A program made the translations under genes and the position numbers. From Paraspadella gotoi (taxonomy: Eukaryota; Animalia; Chaetognatha), in assembly GCA_051294375.1 (NCBI GenBank), contig CM119263.1, positions 31,541,476 through 31,605,475 of the forward strand: a stretch of DNA of 64,000 bases, read 5' to 3'. The notes under the pieces were generated by a model that was given only the letters and a program-made list of their open reading frames with translations, did no database searches and was not told the DNA's origin. Positions 13,393 to 25,820 of the stretch are shown here, one piece after another; positions within the stretch are counted from its first letter, which is position 1; each line of letters begins with the position of its first letter.

Positions 13393-15997
13393 TCAAGGCA
13401 TCCTCGGATCGAACCCCGCCATCTCGTAGACGCGAAAACAAAAGGCCAAGTAGTTGACGTCATCCCTGAGTCCGATTAATTCTCCGAATCGACGACAGAG
13501 GGCGCGGAACTCGAAATCGTCGAAAAGATCGCCCAGTCCGAGTTCGGATAAGACGCGACGGAACTGAGAGGACGAGACGACGCCGTTTACTCCAGTTCCG
13601 TTGAGCGTCACGTCCATGTCTTTGAAAAGCGGGAAGAGTTGTGTACGGTCGCGGCGGACCTAAGGGGGAGGAAGGAAGAGAGAGAAAGGAGGAGGAGGAG
13701 GGAGAGGAGAGGGAGGGAGAGAGAGGAGGGGAGGGAGAGAGTAAGAGGAGGCGAGGACAGTGAGGAAAAGGGGGAAGAGGGAGGGAAAGAGAGAGAGGAG
13801 GAGAAAAGAGGGAGGAGAGGAGGGGGAGAGGGAGAGAGAGGATGGGGAGGGAGGGAGAGAGAGGGAGAGAGAGAGAGAAGGGGGAGAGAGGAGGGGGAGG
13901 AGAGGAAGAGAGAAACATTAACTAAAATTTAAATGAAACTACTAAAAGTTTAACCGTACTCGGACACAGTTCATAAAACAACTTCTCATGCCACTCTGCC
14001 ACTTCATCTCTTTTGCCACTCTGCCACTTCCCTCTCTCTTTACCATATCGACAATCCTCTTCATAGTTGCTTCGTATCTTTCTTGATCCCTTTAGTCATT
14101 CTGCCACTTCCCATTTCCCCCCTCTCTTTACCTTATCGACAATCCTCTTCATAGTTGCTTCATATCTTTCTTCATCTCTTTTGCTACTCTGCCACTTCCC
14201 TCATGCCATTTTACCTTCTCTTTACCTTAGTGACAATCCTCTTCATAGTCGCTTCATATCTTTCTTGATCCCTTTTGCCACTCTGCCACTTCCCTCTTTG
14301 CCATTTCCCCTTCTCTTTACCTTATCGACAATTCTCTTCATTGTCGCTTCGTATCTTTTTTTATCCCTTTTGTCACTGCCACTTCCCTCATGCCATTTCC
14401 CCTTCTCTTTACCTTATCGACAATTCTCTTCATAGGCGCTTTGTATCTTTTGTCATCTCTTTTGCTCCTCTGCTACTTCCTTTATGCCATTTTCCTCTCT
14501 CTTTACCTTATCGATAATCCTCTTCATAGTCGCTTCGTATCTTTCGTCATCTCTTTTGCTACTCTGCCACTTCCTTCGTGCCATTTCCCCTTCTCTTTAC
14601 CTTATCGACAATCCTCTTCATAGTTGCTTTGTATCTTTCATCATCTCTTTTGATACTCTTCCACTTCCCTTATGCCATTTCCCCTTCTCTTTACCTTATC
14701 GACAATCCTCTTCATAGTCGCTTTGTATCTTTCGTCATCTCTTTTGCTACTCTGCCACTTCCCTCATGCCATTTCCCCTTCTCTTTACCTTATCGACAAT
14801 CCTCTTCATAGTCGCTTCGTATCTTTCTTCATCTTTAGGTGACAATCGATTAAGATCGACTTCAGGCGGAGGACGGAATTGAGTCGGAGTCACGAGTGGC
14901 GCCTTCTCAAGGTGGAAGGTGGTGAAGATGCTTTCCACCTTGGGGTTGGAGAGGAGGTGGTTAGAGAGGGTGGTCATCAAGGGCATTAACAATGTCATTA
15001 TGATTATTATATTTTGAAATTCACTTCAGCAATCACCTATAATCAATTTTATTGGCTGGCCTCGAGCCTTCCTATAACCTATCCCACTATCTTTCTATTA
15101 ACTTTATAATTTACCATTTATAAGGTTTGGGCCAAATCTTATTAATACTAAGTTGTTAAGTTCATATAATTTTAAAAGGACTACAATTTTGGGTCCTTTC
15201 AAAATTACAAATTATTTCAAGACTTTCTGCTGATGCAAAAATATTTTGCACAAAAGTTATTGTTTTTTTTTTACATTTCTAATAAAAGATTTTGCAGCCC
15301 CTTTAGCTTTTCCCAGGCCTCCCTAAGCCGAACCCCCTCAGATTTGTGGAGCGAATCAACCCCTCTACGCGACCCTGATAATCCCTAATTATCTTCACAA
15401 TCATCATCATAATCACAATCATTATCATCTCATCACCTCCTTGACAAATGGCAGATAATCGACATAATTGGAGTCAATCATAGATTGGAATTTATGTTCC
15501 AAAAGCGACAATTCTGTTTCTTTCATTTGGAATCCGCAAAGATCCAAGGCGCGCCGGAAGTGTGATTTGAGGCAGCGTCCTTTTAGAGAGGGGGAAGTAA
15601 GGTGAGGTTGTCGTTAAAAGGTAAGTTTAAACTTTAAAGATAGTCAACCAAGAAGATCAAACGATATCATAACTTTTTGATTTAACTCTTAAAATAATAA
15701 TTAATAATAAATTATTGTTAATATTAATTATTTACCAGAGTTGAGTTTATCGTAGTCCTTAAGAAATTCGTAGATTCTGACTCGACGTCGTTTTACTTGA
15801 GCTTTAATCTTCGCCAATGCCTTTTGTTTTTTTAGGAGAAATAAATGAATTAATGAAGTAAATAAATAACCGAATTAATAAATAAATAGGATAAATGATG
15901 AAGGAAAAAAAATTTAAATGAAAAAACAAACTAAAGTGTTTCCTTCTCTCTCTCTCTCTCTGGCTTTGGGATTTGGGCATTCTTTCTCTCTCTCTCT

Positions 15998-16046
<49 letters not shown>

Positions 16047-16088
16047 ATCCTCCTGATCAGTCGAGACCGCCACGTGCCCGGCTTCCGG

Positions 16089-16123
<35 letters not shown>

Positions 16124-17955
16124 TTCTCTCTCTCTCTCTCTCATCCACCTGATCAGTCAAAACTGCCACGTCCTGGCTTCGGGCATTCTTTCTCTCTTTC
16201 TTTCATCCACCTGATCAGTCAAGACCGCCACGTGTCCGGCTTCCGGCATTCTCTCTTTCTCTCTATCTCTCTCTCTCTCTCTTTCATCCACCTGATCAGT
16301 CGAGACAGCCACGTGCCCGGCTTCAGGCATTCTCTCTCTTCTCTCCATTGCAGCCCTGATCGACTTCTTGACGTCCACATAGCGAAGGATGTCGGGCAAT
16401 GTCGGGCAAACCTCAGCGATAAAGTCTCTGCCAATTGAAGAAAAAGTAGAGGGGCGTATTGAAAATTAATTCTTTCTCTATCTCTAAAAACCTTATAACT
16501 CAGGCTTGGGGCTTTACAACTGATATAATACAGGAGCGGTCTTTTCATACAATCCAAACATTCTTTGAAACCACTTCATTGATAGCGAAGCCAGGTGCTC
16601 TGGGAGTGAATAAACTCGACTGTGAGAGAGTCTTGATTGAAAGCTTGTCATTATCTTATGTCATTATCTTGTAAGTGTGATGGAGGCCTTAAACCACCAA
16701 AGCAAGTCCAAAGTCAGGGGCAAGATAGCTTATTTATTAAATGAAAGGATAATTCTATATTAGTTGTACCAATTTTATGAAAACTATTCAGCATTAACTA
16801 TTCTGTTAATAAACAAGCTCTCTTGACGGACTAACTACTGGCTTTGGATCGGCCATGGTGCGTTAAGAACATAGCAGGACCTAGCAAGCTTTCAATCAAG
16901 ATTCTTTTTGCAATCTAGTTGATTCATTCCCATAGTAAGAAAGTAAGAATGTGGGAATATTTCATTTGTCTAAAAATATGACTATTCCCTCCTTCTCTCT
17001 CCCTCTTTCTCTCACCTATAATTAAATCCCATATCGTCAATGAACTTCGCTTCCAAACAAGCAATTTCTGTGTCGGTCGCATCGTCGAGGCCGAGACTCC
17101 CAAGTGATTGTCTGAATTGCTTGCGAGTGATGTGTCCGTTGTGATGCTTGTCAAAATCTTGGAAGCAGGGCCAAGGGTTGATCCCGCGGTGGTCCATTTG
17201 GCAGCGGAATCTGGAAAAAAGGGAAGTGACACTTCCTCTGTCTCTAACTCTCTATCTCTCTCTCTCTCCCTTCTAATGACTCCATCTCTTTCTCTACCTT
17301 CTAATGACTCCATCATAATTCTCTCTTAGATTTCCCTTTGCTCTGCTCCAATCGTTCGTCCCAGCTCTCTATCTTCCTCTCTCTCTCCCTTCTAATGACT
17401 CCATCTCTCCCTTCTAATGACTCCATCTCTCTCTCTCTACCTTCTAATGACTCCATCATAATTCTCTCTCAAATTTCCCTTCGCTCTGCTCCAATCGTTC
17501 GTCCCAGATCGAGGAAGGACAAATCTTTCGATCGGTTCCACAATGCGAGTCGGGTCTTTCTCAAGATCCTTAATTTAAAATAACATTAGGTGAATAATGA
17601 ATTAATGTACATTTTATTAAATTAGTTTTACAACCCAAGTCGGCGAGTGTATAATTATTATAATTAAGCCTAGAAATTATTTATTGTCAAATCATTGGAT
17701 TTATAAATTTTCTATGTTAGGGACAAAATGATTTTAGAATTAATACAATAAATGTAAAATTTGTTCATTTAATTCGATAAAACAATAAGGAGACAAAAGG
17801 TAATAAAATATTATTTATCTATTGGATACCTTTGGCAAGAAAGCGTCTTCAACTGCGGCCTTAAATTTTGTCCATAAAACTTGATTTAAATTCACTGGAT
17901 CTTGAAATGTTGAGGCTAAGACTTCGAACTGGCCGTCGGTCATTGGGACAGCACC

Positions 17956-18028
<73 letters not shown>

Positions 18029-21000
18029 GAGAGAGAGAGGGGAGGGGGAGAGAGAGAGGGGGGGAGAGAGAGGGAGGGGGAGATGGAGGAGAGAGAGAGA
18101 GGGAGGGAGGGAAAGGAAGAGAGAAAGGGGATGAGAGGGAGGGAGAGGGAGGCAGAGAGAGAGAGAGAGACGGAAAGGGAATGAAAAAGGGAGGAAAAAA
18201 GAGTAAAGAAAGCAATTTAAATACAATCCCAGGGTAACAGGTTAAAACCCTAGGATACCCTGACACGAATTATTACTTGAGATTTTTTCAAGGATAAAGA
18301 TTAAAAAAGCAACACTGTTTTGTTAAAGAAAGTCTTAATTCGGGTTTTGAATCAAAGCACAACGCCACTGAGGAAGGGCTTCTCGGATCGACTTACCCAA
18401 AAGACCCAATCCAAGTGTTTGCAATCCACGTCTGAATTGATTCTTTGTGATTCGTCCGCTACGCAATGGATCGAAATCTTGAAACGCGTCCTTAAAAAAA
18501 ACAATAAACAAAACAATTATTCATTCATTTAATAAATAAGCTATCTTGCCCCTGACTTAGGACAGGCTTTGGTGGTTTAAGGCCTCCATCACTCTTACAA
18601 GATAATGACATACCAGGTCCCTGCTAGCTTTCAATCAAGACTCTCTCACAGTCTCGTTTATTTATTCCCAGAGAACCTGGCTTTAGGCTTCATTTTCCCA
18701 GAAGACCCCATTTTATCTTAAATTCTGAATTAAAATTAGTTTTTAGTATGGTAGACTAAAATCCACCAACCGTTCATCAGCGGCCATTGGTGCCGGAGGC
18801 AAGTCATTCGCCTCCCAACCCAAAAGTCCAGGGTTCTAGCCCGGTGGCCGCCTGGCAGTTAAGTAGGACGGGCGCATAACCCGCTTAACCGTTACAGCCT
18901 GATCCAAGCTCAGGACTGCTTATATTGAACGGTTCTGTCACTAACACTTAACAATAATTACTGTCTCTTCATTGGTGAGCCTGACTTCCGAACACAACAG
19001 CAACAACAACACTTTCAGGCGAGATGCCTCAACCTGGCGATGCACTTTCCGCCAACAACACATCAGGCGACATGCCTAACTTGGTGATGCACTTTCCACC
19101 AACAACAACAATTCACTGAAGAGACGCAACAGACTTCTCCCTTACGGGAGGGGGGATGTATGGTGGACTAAAATCCACCAACCGTTCATCAGCGGCCATT
19201 GGTGCCGGAGGCAAGTCATTCGCCTCCCAACCCAAAGGTCCGGGGTTCTAGCCCGGTGGCCGCCGGCAGTTAAGGGGACGGGGCGCTTAACCGCCTGTAA
19301 CACGGTGTTACAGCCTGATCCGAAGCTCAGGGACTGCTTATATTGAACGGTTCTGTCACTAACACTTAACAATAATTACTATCTCTTCGTTAGGTTAAAA
19401 GATTTAGGTTAAAGGTTAGGTTTGGGGATTCGGTTAAGTATTATGGTTAAAGATTAGGTTTTAAGGCAAGGGGTTAGGGTTAGATTAAAGGTTTCTCTCT
19501 TTCTCTCTGTCTCTCTTTATCTCTCCCTATTTTTAAAAAAATCTGCAAGACTTTTACAAACAAATGTTGCGCTGCTGAAGGCTAATACAATAACCGAAAT
19601 ATGTTTTTTTTATTAAAATAAATTTGTTGTCTAAAAACAAAAAATCTTTTTTCCTTTAAGGGTTAGAGTTTAAAATCAAGTTAGGTATCATTACAGAAGA
19701 TACAGAGAAGGAACCAGATCAAAGACTCGGGGAAAAATTACCAAAATAGAATCAAGCTCTCTAATTGGTCAAGACCCTAATGGAATCGGGCAATAAGTGG
19801 ATAGGCTTACATCCGCCGGGAAACTTTACCCATATCTCTGATCCACTTGCATTGTATAAAAGCAGTAGATTTTGTATCTGAGTAATCTGTCCAAAATTGA
19901 TACCGTCTTCTTATCCATTTTTCTATCAATAAATTCCACTTTGGTTTCATGCTGAAGTCCCTGTCTTCTTATTTAAATGTGGTGACAGGAGTGGATTCGA
20001 CATCCCACCTCTCAAGGTTAATAAATTATATATTAAGTTATAGGTTTTATAAGAAATTATTATATTATATACTTGTTAAATAAATAAATAAATCTCGTTT
20101 TGATTTCAACTTAGAAATCCATGAGTTTTTTCTCAAATGCTATTGAGATTAAAATTAAGTCTCGGGATTGAGGAACCAAAAATGTGGTGCCTTTAGAAAA
20201 TAGAGCCCGATTCTTAAGGGGACCCTAATGAGTTAAGTACCTGAATCCTTAGTCGATAAGCGACAACTTGACTTCGAATTCGCGATAAAAATAGATCAAC
20301 GTCTACGACCGAAGTGTCGGGTGGAAGATCCCACCAAGGGGTTTTCACTTGACGACGGATTGGAGGCTTCTCTGTCGTGAAGCCGATGTATTGAGGGTCT
20401 ATGGCCTGAGGGAGGGAAAGAGAGGGGGAGAAAGAAACGGAGAGAGAGAGGGAGAGAGAGGAAGGGAGCAGGGAGAGAGAGAGAGGGGAGAAAGAGGGAG
20501 AGAAAGAGGGAGAGAGCGGTGAGAGTCGAAATTATCCTTTGGTGAATATTTAATTAAAACTTTTAATTGATACAAAATTCAAAACTAATTGTAAAAGAAA
20601 TACAGAGTCTCCCTTGAGACCCGTATCAGGTCTCCTCCGAACCACACCTGCACAAAGGCCACATAGTTGATGTCTCCTCCGACTGGATTTTCAAATTTTC
20701 GGCATAAAAGACGAAAATCTTCTCTTAAAATCGGAAGAGAGAGAAAAGTCAAAACTCGAGCGAAACAAGATTTTGTCATTCCACGAGTGAACGCGTTGCT
20801 TCGGTCGAAATCCTGACGGGGAAAATGATAAAAAAGGAGGGAAAGTTGGGTGAATGTCATTCGGATTTGTCATCATTATCCTCATCGTCATTTCCTAATT
20901 TCCAGTATCATCATAGTAAATGTCACAAGCGTTATAATCCTCGTCATTATTGGAATCCTGTTCGTCGGAAATATCAGTATCATAGTCATCAGAATCATTT

Positions 21001-22218
21001 TGATAACTGCATCGTTTTCATCATCAAGAGTCGACCCTTTAGCTTTATCAATAAACTCAATCAAATCAAATCAAATCAATCAATCAATAAATCAATCAAT
21101 CAACCAATCAAAACAATCAATCAAATCAGTCAATCAAATCAATCAGAACAATCAGATCAATCAATCAATCAAATCGATCAATCCAATCAAACCTTGAAAT
21201 AAGGATAAACCATGAGATTTCTCCTCTTCACTTCTCTCAATTAATCAAATCAATCAATCAAACAATCAATAAATCAAATCAATCAATCAATCTATCAAAT
21301 AAAATTAATCAATCAATCAATCAATAAAATCAATCAATCAATCAATCAAATCAATCATCAATCCAATTAATCAATCAATCAAATCAATCAAACCAATCAA
21401 ATCAATCAATGAATCAAATCAATCAGTCAATCAATCAATCAGTTCAATCAATAAATCAAATAAATCAAATAAATCAAATCAATTAAATCAATTAAATAAA
21501 ATAATCAATCAATCAAATCAATCAATTAATCAATCAATAAATCAAATAAATCAATCAATCAATTCAATCGATCAAATCAATCAATCAAATCAATCAATCC
21601 AATCAAACCTTGAAATAAGGATAAACCATGAGATTTCTCCTCTTCACGTCTCTTCTCATCTCATCAATCGCTCTTCCCAATTTCTCCTCTTCCTCCTCCG
21701 TTAGACATTGCACGTAACGAGCCAACTCTCCTCTTCCCGGTCGCTGGATTTGAACCAGGGGCTTCTTCTCCAGGTGATCCACGTTGAAGGCGTGTTCCAT
21801 CACGTGGCAGAGGCTGTGGGAAGGAGGGGAGAGGGAAAGGCAGGAAGGAGGAGAAAGAGAGGGGAGGAGGGAGAGAGAGTGGAGGAAGGGGGAGGGAGAT
21901 GGGGAAAGGAGGGGGAGGGTAGGAGAGGGAGGAAAGGAGAGAGGGGGGAGGAAGATGGGGGAAAGGAGAGGGAGGGGAAGAGGTAGGAGAGGGAGGGGAG
22001 GAAAGGAGAGAGGGAGGGGAGAAGAGGGAGGGAGGAAAGGAGAGAGGGAGGGAGGGAGAAGAGGAGGGAGAAAAGGAGAGAGGGAAGAGAGAGGGAGGAC
22101 GGGAAGGAGTAGAGAGGGAGGAGGGAGAGGGAGGGAAGGAGGAAAGGAGAGAAGGGAGGTTGTAAGAAAGGAAAAGAGAAAAGGGAGGAAAGTTATAGAG
22201 GAAGCGAGGGAGGGAGGA

Positions 22219-22268
<50 letters not shown>

Positions 22269-22973
22269 CTCACCTTCTATAATTAATTCTTCCAGTCGAT
22301 TCATCGCGATAAAAATCCGTCAACTTTTGAATTTCTTCTTTAGTTAAAGTCAAATATTTTGAGAGAGCGAGATCGAGTCCGCGAGCGAACTGAAAATAGG
22401 AATTGATTAAATCATTCATTAATAAAATTAGTAAAACTAATTAATTAATTAATTCTTCAAGTAAAATAATTAATTTATACAACTTCACTACTACTGGTCC
22501 TACATGTATCAGAAAATCTTATTTTTTTTCTTAATTCTTTTCTCCGTTTTTCACTCCATTCAGCCTCATCTGTTGCCATGTGTAACCCCATCTGTTTCCC
22601 CCCTGTGTCTTGGATGATCAACTCCCCACCCCATCTGTTTCCATCTGTAACCCCATCTGTTTCCTCCCTGTGTCTTGGATGACCCACTTCCCACACTATC
22701 TGTTCCCATCTGTAACCCCCATCCGTTTCCCACCTGTGTCTTGATGATTTACTCTCCACCCCATCTGTTCCCATCTGTAAATCTCATCTGTTTCCCCTCA
22801 CCTGTGTCTCGGTCACCGTCCCGCTTCTTAATCCGTCGTTGTCTTTGAAAAACTCAGGCGTACGAACTCCGTACTTGTAGACGGTCAGACGGATTTTGGC
22901 GAGAATCTCCTGTACGGACTCACGGACAGGAGGAAGTGGCTCGAGAAAGATCTCGGCCTTTTAAAAGGGAGGA

Positions 22974-23043
<70 letters not shown>

Positions 23044-23272
23044 AAAAAAATATTATGAAATGAAAATAATAGATGATATCAATTTCAATTTTAAAGCATA
23101 ATATAAATTTTAAAAAAAATAATAATAGAATAAAATACAAACTTGAGTTAATTTAAGATTAAACTTTCTTTTTGAATGCCAATAAATAGTTAAATTAAAA
23201 TTATAAAAGCAGGAAAAATAAAAATAAATAAACAAAGAAAAAACTGAGTCAATAATTAAATACAAAACAAAG

Positions 23273-23315
<43 letters not shown>

Positions 23316-25820
23316 CCCTCACCTGAGGAAATTTCGATTCTTCAGCCAAACGTTTTTTCTCAGCGATTTCTACGATGTCTTGATGGAGGTTGAGATAATT
23401 GCAATGCTGAAGAGGGGGGGGGAGAGGGATGGAGAGGCAGACAGGGAGAGAGGGAGAGAGGGAAAGAGGGAGAGAAGGAGTGGGAGAGAGGAAGAGAGAG
23501 AGGGAGGAGAGGAATGACCAACCAATCCACCTCGTTTCCTTATCTTACGTAGATAGAGTCAGAGCGACCGATACAGAGAGAGAGAGAAAGAGACACAGAG
23601 AAAACCATAACCAAACTCATGAACTCGTCAGTCGTCACTTTACCTGAGGCCGCTGCGGATCGGCGTACTTGAACGCCAAAAGTCTGACATCATCTGGGGT
23701 GAGTTCATTTGGCCAAGGAAAGGCTCTCATGAATTGTGACTCTGTCACGACTCCGATGTTGTGTCTGTCAAAATCTTCGAATTGAGTTTGAAGGCTGATC
23801 CCGCGAAATTTGTAATTGTCGGCTAATTTGTCTAAAAGGTCAGCGACGCGAATTTCGAACTTTTCCCCGGTGGCGTGAAGACTGCGCCATGTGCCGAGGT
23901 ATTCTGTGTGGGGGGAGAGGGAAGACGAGGGAAGAGAGTAGAGCCAGAGAGAGAGCAGAGCAGGAGACCAGAGCCAGAGAGACTGAGAGTAGAGAGTTAG
24001 AGGAGAGTTTAAAACAGGACTCAACGAAAATAATGATAAATTGAGTTTTGTGAATCCAAATCTCTTTAACAACAACAACAACGACATGTTTTCTTGCCAG
24101 GAGGTTCGCTGACTTGACACCAAGGATTCGTATCCACCAGATTTGGATTAAAGGCCTGATTGATGCTGTCGCAGAATCTCCTGCGTTTGTGATAAATGTC
24201 ATTTAGTTATAGTTGTGATAAGTGGATTGCCTTTTGTGATAAAGATCTTTATGTAGCGGGAAATCTTTTGTCGATTGTGATTTTCTACTAAATCTCTTTT
24301 ATGTTCCGATAAATCCCATTCTCGATAAATCCGATAAATCTTGATTCGGTCGTATTAAATCTTTTTTCCTTTTAAGCTAAATCTGTGATAAATCTATGAT
24401 TACCATAAATATGATGTTGAATATCTTCCGCCGTCGTAATAATTTCCTATCATTAAACTTTTATTTTTTTTTTCATTTCGGAAAGGAATAATCCTTAAAC
24501 CTTTAATACAAAAAAAGTAATTTTTTACACAATTAAAAATTATAATTCATAAAATTTATTGTCCTTTTTCTCAGAAATAACCCATTTCAGCTGGAATACA
24601 GAATTTTAATATTTTTTGGGGTTTAAAATTTAGATTAGGACTTATTAAGGTTAGGGTTTAGGGTTAGGGATCAGGGTTTAGGGTTAAGGATCAGGTTTTA
24701 GGATTAAGGTTAGGGTTTAGGGATTAGGGTTTAGGGTTAGGGATCAGGGTTTAGGGTTAGGGATCAGAGATCAGGACGTGGTTCTTAACCCGCCTGTAAC
24801 ACGATGTTACAGACTGAAACGAAGATCAGGGACCGCTTATATTAAACGGTTCTATCGCTAACTTATAACAATGATTACGTCTCTTCAATTCTGTTGAATT
24901 GTGAGTTAAAATCAAATTCATAGGATTAAAAATAAAAATATTGATAAAATGTTGTAAATTTGTAATTAACTATTGATAAAACATTGATAAAATGTCCCTA
25001 CTTGTAATTAACTCTTCCGTCTCCCTTAGTATCGTAATTCTTCAAAAGTGTCTCCGCTTGAGCGTCGGTTAAGCGAAGTCCCAGTTGTTCGTCGATGACT
25101 CGAAGGAATTGATCTTTTGTCACGAATCCGGATCGGAGACGGTCAAAGTCCTGAAGGAGGAGTTGAAAGTCAGAAAAGTAAAGAAGGGTCATTCAGGGGT
25201 CACTGCGGGTAAGGAACTGTCATTTAAAGGGTCGTTTGGTTGAGGAATGGTCAGAAAGGTAAGGAAGGGTCATTCAGGGGTCACTCCGGGTAAGGGTCAT
25301 TTAAAGGGTCGTTTGGTTGAGGAAAGGTCAGAAAGGTAAGGAAGGGTCATTTAAAGGGTCGTTTGGTTGAGGAAGGGTCAGGAAGGTAAGGAAGGGTCAT
25401 TGGGTTGAGGAAGGTTCAGAAAGGTAAGGAGGGGTCATTAAGGGGTCATTTGTGGTAAGCAAAAGGCATTTAAATGGACGGGGCAGTGAAGAAAGGGTCA
25501 AAAGGTTGAGCAAGGGTCATTGAGGGATCAGAGGGCGGAGGAGGGTCATTATGACGGAGCATAAGGAAGGGTCATTAATGTTCGGAAGGAATGAAAAAGT
25601 ATTTTTTGGTATCAATGATGATTCGAGCGATAAAAATTTGACGCGGCGATTACTGATTACTAATGTTATATTCATCTTTGGTACAAACGAACAATACTAG
25701 TGATAATTCAGATGCGCTCACAATGAAAAACTCCGTGATTCTTAGTCGCCTCGTTTGAACTTTTGTTCTCACGTCCTCCTCGACGCGAGATAGATTTTGT
25801 TGGACCGCTAGCGACGCCAT
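13393..25820 (-). CDS. Large multi-EF-hand protein (~930 aa, 19 coding exons), probably ciliary/flagellar (EFCAB6-like architecture)
   Basis: Approximate exons: 25722-25820, 25002-25150, 24098-24180, 23644-23903, 23323-23406, 22802-22957, 22274-22389, 21609-21813, 20648-20812, 20241-20405, 18397-18490, 17830-17954, 17441-17568, 17016-17210, 16292-16427, 15736-15820, 15437-15579, 14789-14938, 13393-13659; they join in frame. Repeated EF-hand-pair motifs: DFDRLRSGFVTKDQF, DFDRHNIGVVTESQF, DFDPLRSGRITKNQF, DFDKHHNGHITRKQF, DYDKLNSGRCLKSHF, with INY/VNY second hands. The ciliary role is inference. Confidence 0.88.
14035..14830 (-). repeat. 94-bp tandem array made of the exon 18 end plus donor site (about 9 units)
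   Basis: Each unit contains ...GCGACTATGAAGAGGATTGTCGATAAG|GTAAAG (sense); ORF-track starts 14390/14484/14578 show the 94-bp period. Confidence 0.95.
16535..16792 (-). mobile_element. Copy of the ~330-bp dispersed repeat
   Basis: Reverse complement of part of 32442-32797. Confidence 0.85.
18749..18971 (+). mobile_element. tRNA-Gly-core repeat copy
   Basis: Near-identical to 19161-19388 with a small internal deletion. Confidence 0.9.
19161..19388 (+). mobile_element. ~230-bp repeat with tRNA-Gly(CCC)-like core (SINE-like or Helentron-like non-autonomous element)
   Basis: Core 19192-19263: acceptor stem GCGGCCA/TGGCCGC, A-box-like TGGTGCCGGAGG, CTCCCAA loop, B-box-like GGTTCTAGCCC. Other copies at 8100, 18749, 32810, 52452; partial copies at 24785, 33950, 34174. 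Confidence 0.88.
21050..21606. repeat. (CAAT)n/(CAAAT)n microsatellite carrying a duplicated exon end
   Basis: Long ATCA-type run; 21186-21235 copies 21602-21650. Confidence 0.9.
24640..24770. repeat. Degenerate (GGGTTA/GGGTTTA)n interstitial telomere-like repeat
   Basis: GGTTAGGGTTTAGGGTTAGGGATCAGGG...; similar tracts near 7240, 12190, 19390, 44500, 51430, 55750 and 58900. Confidence 0.8.

Noticed and set aside
14035-14830. CRISPR-like array
   Set aside because: Whole units repeat with no unique spacers; eukaryotic intron; no cas genes.
19192-19263. Functional tRNA-Gly gene
   Set aside because: Anticodon and D stems do not pair, and it is embedded in a multi-copy repeat.
24640-24770. True telomere or chromosome fusion site
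   Set aside because: Degenerate, short, intronic and repeated many times in the window.
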